NCBI GenBank assembly: GCA_947631415.1
Contig: CANRLG010000003.1
Coordinates: 8,265-72,264, forward strand
DNA: 64,000 bases
From: an uncultured Clostridia bacterium
Lineage (GTDB): Bacteria > Bacillota > Clostridia > TANB77 > CAG-465
Direction: 5' to 3'
Below the pieces are notes generated by a model that did no database searches, was not told the origin of the DNA, and saw only the letters and a program-made list of their open reading frames with translations. The first letter of the stretch is position 1, and each line of letters begins with the position of its first letter. The translations under genes and the position numbers were made by a program. Of this stretch, positions 17,541 through 25,758 are shown one piece after another.

Positions 17541-18803
17541 TTGTTAGCTTTTTTAATAACAGTTATAAAATTATTAGTAATAATTTTAGTTGTCGCTTCT
17601 TTTCATGAGTTTGGTCATTTTTTAGCAAGTAAACTTCAAGGAGTAGGAGTAGATGAATTTTCTGTTGGTTTTGGACCTAAAATAGTACAAAAAAAGTTTA
17701 AAGGAACACTTTATTCATTAAGATGGATACCTCTTGGTGGATATTGTGCAATAGAAGGCGAAGAAGAAACAGAAGAAAACAAAGATAGTGAAACTTCATA
17801 TCAAAAGAAAAAGCCATGGCAAAAAATTATTATATTAGCTATGGGTGTAATCTTTAATTTTATACTTTCAGTAGTTATATTTACTTTAGTATATCTTCCT
17901 GGTTATGTTGGAACTACAACAATTAATGCACTTCAACAAGATTCTGTATTAATTGAAGCTGGACTACAAGCAGGAGATACAATAACAGCTATTAATGGAA
18001 AAAATTTTGATACATATTCTCAATTATCTGCATATAATTTAAAATCTGGTGAATCAGATATACAATTAACATATTTAAGAGATGGAGAAGTTAAAGAAGT
18101 AACAGTTCATGATGCTCAAACAAAACAAGGAAAAGTAGGAGTTAGTTTTGTTATAACAGATGAAGGTGAACAAACTAATGAAATTGAGCTTGTTGGAGCA
18201 GGTACTCCAGCAGTATCAGCAGGACTAAAATCTGGAGATATTATAGTATCTGTAGATGGTGTTGAAACTCCAAATGCAATGTCTGTTGTTGATGAAGTAA
18301 AGAAAAAGCCAGAACAAGAAGTTACTTTTGAGGTTAAAAGAGGAGAAGAAATTACAAGCTACGTTATAGTGCCTGAGGGTAAAGAAGTATTTGACCTTGG
18401 AATTGAATCAGTAAAAACAACAAAATCTAATATAAAATATGCATTTATTGAAACAGTAGAAAATGTAAAACAAATAGTAGGTTCATATATAGACTTGTTT
18501 ACTGGAAAAGTACAAGTAACTCAAATGTCTGGAATAGTTGGAATTGGTGAAGTAGTATCTAAGAGTGAAGGAATACTTAATTTCTTCTTGTTGATGGCAA
18601 TGATTAGTATGGCAGTAGGTGTTGCAAACATTCTACCATTTCCACCACTTGATGGAGGAAAAATATTACTTGTTTGTATAGAATGGATAACAGGAAAGAA
18701 AGTCTCTGAAAATGTTGAAGTAGTAATTTCATATATAGGTCTTGGACTTTTATTTGCCCTAACTATCTTTATTACAATTAAGGATATAATTAGAATTATA
18801 TAG
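17541..18803 (+). CDS. rseP: Site-2 (RIP) zinc metalloprotease RseP/RasP
   Basis: HEFGH zinc motif, PDZ domains, and NILPFPPLDGG motif. TTG start after SD AAGGAGGA. Confidence 0.9.
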   Translation: MLAFLITVIKLLVIILVVASFHEFGHFLASKLQGVGVDEFSVGFGPKIVQKKFKGTLYSLRWIPLGGYCAIEGEEETEENKDSETSYQKKKPWQKIIILAMGVIFNFILSVVIFTLVYLPGYVGTTTINALQQDSVLIEAGLQAGDTITAINGKNFDTYSQLSAYNLKSGESDIQLTYLRDGEVKEVTVHDAQTKQGKVGVSFVITDEGEQTNEIELVGAGTPAVSAGLKSGDIIVSVDGVETPNAMSVVDEVKKKPEQEVTFEVKRGEEITSYVIVPEGKEVFDLGIESVKTTKSNIKYAFIETVENVKQIVGSYIDLFTGKVQVTQMSGIVGIGEVVSKSEGILNFFLLMAMISMAVGVANILPFPPLDGGKILLVCIEWITGKKVSENVEVVISYIGLGLLFALTIFITIKDIIRII

Positions 18804-18814
18804 GAGGAATGTTT

Positions 18815-19087
18815 ATGATAACAATGACAACAGCTACACCATATATTGTTTTAGTTTTTGCTGCAATAGCAGTGATAGTAGTAGCTAAATTGTTGGCATG
18901 GCCATTTAAAAAGTTAATTAAACTAGCTTTAAATTTAGTTGGAGGAGTAGTTCTTGTATGGTTAGTAAATACTTTTGGACATATAGTTGGAATTACAATA
19001 CCATTTAACATATTCACAGCTTTAATTGCAGGAATACTTGGTATACCAGGAGTAGTGTTATTAATACTAATAGGCTTCTTTATTTAA
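18815..19087 (+). CDS. bofA: Pro-sigma-K processing inhibitor BofA
   Basis: About 90 aa with two or three TM helices. The conserved C-terminal stretch is NTFGHIVGITIPFNIFTALIAGILGIPGVVLL. ATG 18815 is 7 nt after SD GGAGG. Confidence 0.85.
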   Translation: MITMTTATPYIVLVFAAIAVIVVAKLLAWPFKKLIKLALNLVGGVVLVWLVNTFGHIVGITIPFNIFTALIAGILGIPGVVLLILIGFFI

Positions 19088-19132
19088 TTACAATAAGATA
19101 ATTTTATATTTTAAATATAAAAAATACGTACT

Positions 19133-19161
19133 GTATAAATTATTATAATTAACTCAAACTA
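19133..19161 (+). promoter_or_regulatory. Forespore sigma-F/G-type promoter candidate upstream of sleB-ypeB
   Basis: GTATA, 17-nt spacer, CAAACTA, compared with the consensus GHATR-N17/18-CATNHTA (one mismatch). It lies very close to the start codon, so confidence is low. Confidence 0.3.
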
Positions 19162-19177
19162 AATAATGGTGAAAGTT

Positions 19178-19663
19178 ATGAATAATAATTATATGGTATG
19201 TATTTTTTTTATCACTTTAGTAATGTTTATTCTTTTTGGAATTGTAGTTTATGCACAAAGTAAAGCAGAAAGCTCTGTATCAACTGAATATCCATCAGGA
19301 GATAATATGGTAGAACTTCTTGCTAGACTAATAAATGGTGAAGCAAGAGGCGAATCATATTTAGGTCAAGTTGCAGTAGGAGCGGTAATAATGAATAGAG
19401 TAAAAAGTCCAGAATTTCCAAATACAATAGCAGGAGTAATTTATGAGCCAGGACAGTTTTCAAGTGTGAAAGATGGTCAATTTAATGTTGCTATTGATGA
19501 AAATTCTACTGTTTACCAAGCTGCACAAGATGCTATGAATGGAGTTGACCCAACAAACGGAGCTTTGTATTTCTATAATCCTTCAAAAACTAAAAGTAAG
19601 TATCTTTTTTCTTTAAAAACAGTTACTACAATAGGGAAGCATGTATTTGCAATAGGTAATTAA
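19178..19663 (+). CDS. sleB: Spore cortex-lytic enzyme, SleB/CwlJ (Hydrolase_2) catalytic domain only
   Basis: Hydrolase_2 core LLARLINGEARGESYLGQVAVGAVIMNRV...IYEPGQFS, preceded by an N-terminal hydrophobic signal. ATG 19166 is an alternative start. ypeB lies immediately downstream. Confidence 0.8.
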   Translation: MNNNYMVCIFFITLVMFILFGIVVYAQSKAESSVSTEYPSGDNMVELLARLINGEARGESYLGQVAVGAVIMNRVKSPEFPNTIAGVIYEPGQFSSVKDGQFNVAIDENSTVYQAAQDAMNGVDPTNGALYFYNPSKTKSKYLFSLKTVTTIGKHVFAIGN

Positions 19664-19665
19664 AT

Positions 19666-21036
19666 TTGGAAAAAATAGAAAAGAGTATAATAAAGATAAA
19701 AGAAAAAATTGGAGAACATACTTTAGCTATTATATATTTTGGAATATTTAGCATTGTAGCTATTATTGCTATGATGGAGTTAAAAATGTATAAGGTGCAA
19801 AAACAAAAAATACAGAATTCATATAATAGAGCTTTTTATGATTTAGTAGCAGATATGAACAATATTGATGCTGAATTTACTAAATTAAAAGTTACCTCAT
19901 CAGATAAATACACAATTACTGCACTTGCCACTATATTTGCAAAAGCAAATAATGCAGTTGGTAATTTAGATATAATACCTTTTTCAAATAATACTACTTC
20001 AAACGTATCAAAGTTTTTAAATCAGTTAAGCGATTTTTCATATTATTTAATGAGAGATATTTTAAATGGCGAAAAGGTTGATACATATAAAGCTCAAATA
20101 GATGTGCTATATACTAATGTAGGCGAATTATCTAAGATACTAAATGAAGTATATCAAGAGGTAAATGAAAATAAGATAAATTGGGATGAATTAGAAAAAG
20201 TAGGAAATGAGAAAATTAAAGAAAGTGATGTAGGACAAGAAATATCTAGTGTAAATAAGATAGGAAAGACATTTACAGAATATGAGGGAATTATATATGA
20301 TGGAGCTTTTTCAAATCATGTATTAACACAAGAACCAAACTTCTTAGTAGGAGAAGATTTAGCTCCAGATGAAGTTGAAAATATTTTAAGACAAAAGCTA
20401 GATATTAGTCAGATTGAATTTTTAGCAGAGCAAAATTCAACAATACCATTGTATGTATATAGACTAGTTACAAAAAATTCAGAACTAGAAAAGACATTAT
20501 ATGCAACAAAGCAAGATGGTCGTATATTTCAAATTGTATCAAATAGAAAAGTAGAAGAAAGAAATTTAACAGTAGATGGGGCTAAAAATATTGCAGGTAA
20601 CTTTTTAAATTCACTTGGTATAGGTAAACTTGAGGCAACATATTATCTAGTTCAAGATAATTCAGTTACAATATCTTATGCTGGTTTGCAAGATGATGTT
20701 TTAATTTATTCAGATTTAATAAAAATTAAAATAGCTTTAGATAATGGAGAAATTTTAGGATTAGAAACCAATGGGTATATATATAATCATAAAGAAAGGG
20801 TAATAGAGTATAAATATAGTATAGATGATGCAAGAGAAGTGTTATATGAAAAATTAAATGTAGTAAATGAGCGAATGTGTATTATACCAACGGAGTCAAA
20901 AAGTGAAAAAATTGCTTATGAATTTGAGGGCTATATAGATGACACTAAATTTTTAGTATATATAAATGCAGATACTTTAGAAGAAGAAAAAATATATATA
21001 GTTTTAGAAAGTGATAACGGAATTAAGACTATGTAA
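19666..21036 (+). CDS. ypeB: Germination protein YpeB
   Basis: 456 aa with an N-terminal TM helix and C-terminal PepSY-like repeats. It starts 3 nt after the sleB stop, the canonical sleB-ypeB arrangement. Confidence 0.8.
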   Translation: MEKIEKSIIKIKEKIGEHTLAIIYFGIFSIVAIIAMMELKMYKVQKQKIQNSYNRAFYDLVADMNNIDAEFTKLKVTSSDKYTITALATIFAKANNAVGNLDIIPFSNNTTSNVSKFLNQLSDFSYYLMRDILNGEKVDTYKAQIDVLYTNVGELSKILNEVYQEVNENKINWDELEKVGNEKIKESDVGQEISSVNKIGKTFTEYEGIIYDGAFSNHVLTQEPNFLVGEDLAPDEVENILRQKLDISQIEFLAEQNSTIPLYVYRLVTKNSELEKTLYATKQDGRIFQIVSNRKVEERNLTVDGAKNIAGNFLNSLGIGKLEATYYLVQDNSVTISYAGLQDDVLIYSDLIKIKIALDNGEILGLETNGYIYNHKERVIEYKYSIDDAREVLYEKLNVVNERMCIIPTESKSEKIAYEFEGYIDDTKFLVYINADTLEEEKIYIVLESDNGIKTM

Positions 21037-21042
21037 ATAGTA

Positions 21043-21072
21043 AAGACATTACTCAAAAGTAGTGTCTTTTTT
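21043..21072 (+). terminator. Rho-independent terminator after ypeB
   Basis: AAGACATTACT / AGTAGTGTCTT stem (one G-U pair) followed by a T6 run. Confidence 0.8.
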
Positions 21073-21128
21073 GTTATATAAATGCAAAATTATAAGTTTT
21101 GGTTTCTATATAATTTATTAAATTTTCA

Positions 21129-21157
21129 TTGAACTATGGACTTGTTTTTGATATAAT
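21129..21157 (+). promoter_or_regulatory. Sigma-A-type promoter candidate
   Basis: TTGAAC, 17-nt spacer, TATAAT. Confidence 0.55.
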
Positions 21158-21195
21158 AGGCTTGTAAAAGTAAACAAAAGTTTTATGAGGTGAAT

Positions 21196-21915
21196 ATGGA
21201 TTATATTATTATTGACAGTAGAATGAGAAATAAAGAGAAGAATATGTTAAAGTATTTAGGATATAGACTTGTACCTTTAAAAAAAAGTATAAATGTATAT
21301 CCTGAAATATCATCACATACAGATATTTTTGCTGTAAAAATAGGACATACTCTTGTATGTGAAAAAAATACTTATGAAGATATGGAATTTATGCTTAAAG
21401 ATAGTGAGTTCGATATAATTTCAGGTAAAGATGAAGTAGGAATGGAGTATCCTGAAGATGTAAAATATAATGTATGTATGGTTGGAAGATATGCAATCCA
21501 TAATTTTAAATATACAGATAAGAGAGTATTGAAACTATTAACTGATTTAAATTATGAATTGATAGATGTCGAACAAGGATATACTAATTGCTCAATAGCT
21601 GTAGTAGATGACAGTTCTGTAATTACAACAGACAAAAAAATAGCTGAAAAACTTATAGCAAATAATTTTAGTGTATTATATTTAGATTATATACCAGATA
21701 TAAAGTTACTAGATGAATATGGTAATTATAGCAATATGAATGGTTTTATTGGTGGTGCAATGGGCAAAGTAGATAATAATATAATAGTTTTTGGAGATTT
21801 ATGCAAAATAGATAGAGAAAATAAAATAAGAGAGTTTATAGAAAGCAGAAATTTAAAATTAATTGAATTTGAAGACTTAGATGTAATAGATTATGGTGGA
21901 CTAATTGAGTTATAA
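21196..21915 (+). CDS. Soluble hypothetical protein (about 239 aa), unknown function
   Basis: Clean ORF with SD GAGGTG (GTG 21190 is an alternative start) and no hydrophobic segment. I recognise no diagnostic motif. Confidence 0.5.
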   Translation: MDYIIIDSRMRNKEKNMLKYLGYRLVPLKKSINVYPEISSHTDIFAVKIGHTLVCEKNTYEDMEFMLKDSEFDIISGKDEVGMEYPEDVKYNVCMVGRYAIHNFKYTDKRVLKLLTDLNYELIDVEQGYTNCSIAVVDDSSVITTDKKIAEKLIANNFSVLYLDYIPDIKLLDEYGNYSNMNGFIGGAMGKVDNNIIVFGDLCKIDRENKIREFIESRNLKLIEFEDLDVIDYGGLIEL

Positions 21916-21927
21916 AGGAGAGGGAAA

Positions 21928-24246
21928 ATGAGTGATTTACTAGACAAGTTAAATAATAAGCAAAAAGAAGCAGTACAATATTTTGAAGGACCACTTTTAA
22001 TACTTGCTGGAGCAGGTTCTGGAAAAACAAGGGTTTTAACATATAAAATTGCATATATGCTTGAACAAAATATGATGAAACCATGGGAAATTCTTGCAAT
22101 TACATTTACAAATAAAGCAGCAAAAGAAATGAAAGAAAGAGTAGAAGGATTAGTAGGACAAGTTGCTCAAGATATGTGGCTTGGAACATTCCATTCTGTG
22201 TGTGTAAGAATTTTAAAAAGAGAAATAGAATTACTCGGTTATGGTAGAGATTTTAATATCTTTGACGAAATAGATAGAGATAAAGTAATCAAAGAAGTAA
22301 TGAAAAAACTTAATATAGATGAAAAAATGTATCCAGTAGGATTAATAAAATCTGAAATTAGCAAAGCTAAAGAGCAGATGAAAGACCACATTGCATATCA
22401 AAAAAGTGCAATGGGAGATTTTAGAAAAGAAGAAATTGCTAAAATATATACTATGTATCAAAATACATTAGAAAAGAATAATTCAATAGATTTTGATGAT
22501 ATTATAATGCTTACTGTAAGATTATTTATAGAAAATCCAGATAGATTAATGTATTATCAAGATAAATTTAAGTATATTTTAGTAGATGAATATCAAGATA
22601 CAAACAAAACTCAATTTATGCTAATAAGTCTTTTAGCATCTGCATCTGGAAATATATGTGTAGTAGGGGATGAATCTCAAAGTATTTATGGCTTTAGAGG
22701 TGCAGATATTTCAAATATTTTGAATTTTGAAAATGAATTTTCAAATGCAAAAATTGTAAAATTAGAAGAAAATTATAGAAGTACACAAACAATACTTAAT
22801 GCTGCAAATGAAGTTATAAAGAATAATTCATCTAAAATAGAAAAGAATTTATGGACTCAAAATGGTGAGGGAGAAAAAATTACATATAAAACTCTAAATA
22901 ATGAGTATGATGAAGTAGAATATGTAGTAGAAACAATAGATGATATTTGCAGAAAAAATAATGAAAAATATTCAGATTTTGCTGTATTATTTAGAACAAA
23001 CGCACAAGCACGTGTACTAGAAGAAGTTTTTATGCGTTCAGGAACACCATATAAACTAGTTGGTGGAATAAAATTCTATGCAAGAAAAGAAATTAAAGAT
23101 GTAATTAGTTATTTAAAACTTATTCAAAATACTAATGATAATATAGCATTAAAAAGAATTATAAATGAACCAAAACGTGGTATAGGAGATACTGCTTTAG
23201 ATAAATTAGACATGATGGCCTCAGAAAGAGGAGTATCAATATTTAGCTTTATTCAAGATAGTAGTAATTTAGCAGGGATGAGAAGTGCTACTAGTATTAT
23301 TTTGTTTAGAGATATGATTAATAATTTAATAAAGCAAAAAGAAAGTTTAAAAGTCTCAGAGTTAATTAAAGAAGTATTAAAAAAATCTGGATATGAAGAA
23401 ATGTTAAATAATGAAGGAACTAAAGAAACAGAAATACGTTTTGAAAACCTTATGGAATTTATTGGTGTTGCAATTGAATTTGAAAATGAAAATGCAGATA
23501 ATACACTAGCAGATTTCTTAGATAGTATAGCTTTAGTTTCAGATGTAGATAATTTAGATGAAAGTGCAGATGCAGTTACTCTTATGACTATGCATAGTGC
23601 TAAGGGACTTGAATTTGAAAATGTATTTATAGTTGGCATGGAAGAAGGACTTTTCCCATCAAGAAGGTCTATGGATGAAGATGGTCAAACAGAAGAAGAA
23701 AGAAGACTTTGTTATGTAGCTATTACTAGAGCAAAGAAAAATTTATTTATAACAAATACTAAAAAAAGAACATTATATGGTTCAACAAGTTATTCTTTAC
23801 CATCAAGATTTATAGATGAAATACCAGATAATTTGCTTACTGAACAATCATTAGAAAATAAAGCCGGAAAAGTTAAAAAATCTGAAAATACATGGCTTGA
23901 TTCTGAGTATAAAAGAGTGGAAACATATATTTCAAATAGAAATAGAGTAACACAAAATATAGAAAGAAAAGTAAGACCTAGTGTAGGAATAAGTGTAAAT
24001 GATTTCTTAAAAAATATAGGTGGAACTTCAATTCAAAATACTTCCTCAGCTATTACTCCAAGTCAAGTAAAATATAAAGTAGGAATGGAAGTAAAGCATA
24101 AGAAATTTGGTATTGGTATAATAGAGAAAATAGAGGAAGAAGGAGATGATTATAAACTAGATATTATGTTTAATAATTCTGGATTTAAGCGTCTTATGGC
24201 AAATTATACTCCATTAGAAATAATTAAAAATGAGGTGAATGAATAG
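21928..24246 (+). CDS. pcrA: ATP-dependent DNA helicase PcrA (UvrD/Rep superfamily 1)
   Basis: Motif I AGAGSGKT, motif II VDEYQDTN, and the remaining SF1 motifs (FRGA, YRS, TMHSAKGLEF). Confidence 0.95.
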   Translation: MSDLLDKLNNKQKEAVQYFEGPLLILAGAGSGKTRVLTYKIAYMLEQNMMKPWEILAITFTNKAAKEMKERVEGLVGQVAQDMWLGTFHSVCVRILKREIELLGYGRDFNIFDEIDRDKVIKEVMKKLNIDEKMYPVGLIKSEISKAKEQMKDHIAYQKSAMGDFRKEEIAKIYTMYQNTLEKNNSIDFDDIIMLTVRLFIENPDRLMYYQDKFKYILVDEYQDTNKTQFMLISLLASASGNICVVGDESQSIYGFRGADISNILNFENEFSNAKIVKLEENYRSTQTILNAANEVIKNNSSKIEKNLWTQNGEGEKITYKTLNNEYDEVEYVVETIDDICRKNNEKYSDFAVLFRTNAQARVLEEVFMRSGTPYKLVGGIKFYARKEIKDVISYLKLIQNTNDNIALKRIINEPKRGIGDTALDKLDMMASERGVSIFSFIQDSSNLAGMRSATSIILFRDMINNLIKQKESLKVSELIKEVLKKSGYEEMLNNEGTKETEIRFENLMEFIGVAIEFENENADNTLADFLDSIALVSDVDNLDESADAVTLMTMHSAKGLEFENVFIVGMEEGLFPSRRSMDEDGQTEEERRLCYVAITRAKKNLFITNTKKRTLYGSTSYSLPSRFIDEIPDNLLTEQSLENKAGKVKKSENTWLDSEYKRVETYISNRNRVTQNIERKVRPSVGISVNDFLKNIGGTSIQNTSSAITPSQVKYKVGMEVKHKKFGIGIIEKIEEEGDDYKLDIMFNNSGFKRLMANYTPLEIIKNEVNE

Positions 24247-24248
24247 TT

Positions 24249-24824
24249 ATGAAAACAATAACTTTTGTTACTACTAATAAAGGTAAAATTGCTACAGCAA
24301 AGGAATATCTCTCAGATGAGGATATAGAAGTAGTACCATATAATTATGAGCTAATTGAGCCTAGAACTGATGACATTCAAGAAATTGCTAAACAGAAAGT
24401 ATTACAAGCATATAATGTAGTAAAACAACCATGTATTGCAATGGATTCAGGCTTTTATATTGATGCTTTAAATGGCTTCCCACGAGCATTTGTAAATTTT
24501 GCACTTGACACAATAGGAACACAAGGAATACTAGATATTATGAGAGGAAAAGAGAATAGAAAATGTTCTTTTAGAGAATGTTTGGCATATTATGATGGCA
24601 AAAAAATAGAATATTTTTTCTATGAACATAATGGTTTACTTGCAAATGAATATAGAGGAAAAGACAATGACAGACAATGGAGTCCTTTATGGCATATATA
24701 CAAAGATAGTTTTGATTTAAGCAAGACTTTATCTGAGCTTACAGAAGAAGAAAGAAAAATTAGACATAATAGTACGGGCTCATCACTTCAAGAATTTGCT
24801 AAATGGTTTAAACAACAAAAGTAA
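24249..24824 (+). CDS. Divergent Ham1/RdgB-like non-canonical NTP pyrophosphatase family protein
   Basis: ITFVTTNKGK, EIAKQKV and MDSGFYIDALNGFPRAF resemble the ITPase family motifs. It starts 3 nt after the pcrA stop. Confidence 0.55.
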   Translation: MKTITFVTTNKGKIATAKEYLSDEDIEVVPYNYELIEPRTDDIQEIAKQKVLQAYNVVKQPCIAMDSGFYIDALNGFPRAFVNFALDTIGTQGILDIMRGKENRKCSFRECLAYYDGKKIEYFFYEHNGLLANEYRGKDNDRQWSPLWHIYKDSFDLSKTLSELTEEERKIRHNSTGSSLQEFAKWFKQQK

Positions 24825-24903
24825 AAAAAGTTATTCAGATAAATACTATATATTGCAAATTTATTTTTTCTTTGCTATATTAATAATATGGGAGGAGGAC
24901 TAT

Positions 24904-25713
24904 ATGGATAAACAAAATAATTCTGTAAAAGTTCTAACAATAGTAGTTGTAATAGCTATTGTACTTGTTATTGCACAAGCTATATTTATAATTGTCAACT
25001 TAGATAAATTGACTGGCCCAGAAGAAAAAGAAGTAATAGTAAGCAATGAAGAAAAAGATATAGAAGAATTAAATATTAAAAGTAGTCTTGTTACACAGTT
25101 ATATGGATATATTCCTCAATATGATGTGGATATACCACAGGAAAATGCATATCAATCATATAAAACATCTGTAGATAGTCTGCAAAATGCTTTTTTATTA
25201 GCTAATGCATTTAGAAGAATAACAATTTCAAATGAGGATAAAGAAGTTGTTGAAGGTAATTACGATAGTGGTTGGTTTAAATTTAAACCTGAAATTTTGC
25301 AAGCAGAAGTTAAAAAATTATATGGTAAAGAATTACCAAATGAAAGTTTTAGCATAGATTCTAGTTCATCATGTCTTTTTGAAGATGGAAAATATCAATA
25401 TGGATATGGTGGAATGTCTGGAATGGGTTCTGAAAATGTAAGAAAAATCACAAAAGCATATATTATGGAAGATAATTTATATATAGAAGATGAATATTTA
25501 TACATTGAAAATATAGGTTTTGGAGATGAAACAGGTACATTTATATATGAAACATCAGATAAAAGTAATTTAGTTGCAAAATATTCTTTTGAAGAAAAAC
25601 TAGCTGGTAATACAATAGTAGAAAATCTAAATAATATGAAGAAATATAAACATACCTTTAAAAAGGGGCAAGATGGTGAGTATTATTGGGTTAGTTCTGA
25701 ACCTATAGTATAA
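24904..25713 (+). CDS. N-terminally membrane-anchored hypothetical protein
   Basis: ATG 24904 follows SD GGGAGGAGG. One TM helix (VKVLTIVVVIAIVLVIAQAIFIIV) precedes an extracytoplasmic domain of about 230 aa. The track start at 24796 overlaps the upstream gene and has no SD. Confidence 0.6.
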   Translation: MDKQNNSVKVLTIVVVIAIVLVIAQAIFIIVNLDKLTGPEEKEVIVSNEEKDIEELNIKSSLVTQLYGYIPQYDVDIPQENAYQSYKTSVDSLQNAFLLANAFRRITISNEDKEVVEGNYDSGWFKFKPEILQAEVKKLYGKELPNESFSIDSSSSCLFEDGKYQYGYGGMSGMGSENVRKITKAYIMEDNLYIEDEYLYIENIGFGDETGTFIYETSDKSNLVAKYSFEEKLAGNTIVENLNNMKKYKHTFKKGQDGEYYWVSSEPIV

Positions 25714-25721
25714 AAAAATAT

Positions 25722-25754
25722 CCCTATTTCAGTAAAATGAAGTAGGGGTTTTTT
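25722..25754. terminator. Bidirectional rho-independent terminator between convergent genes
   Basis: CCCTATTTCA / TGAAGTAGGG stem, with an A-run on the left and a T-run on the right. Confidence 0.75.
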
Positions 25755-25758
25755 ATAT

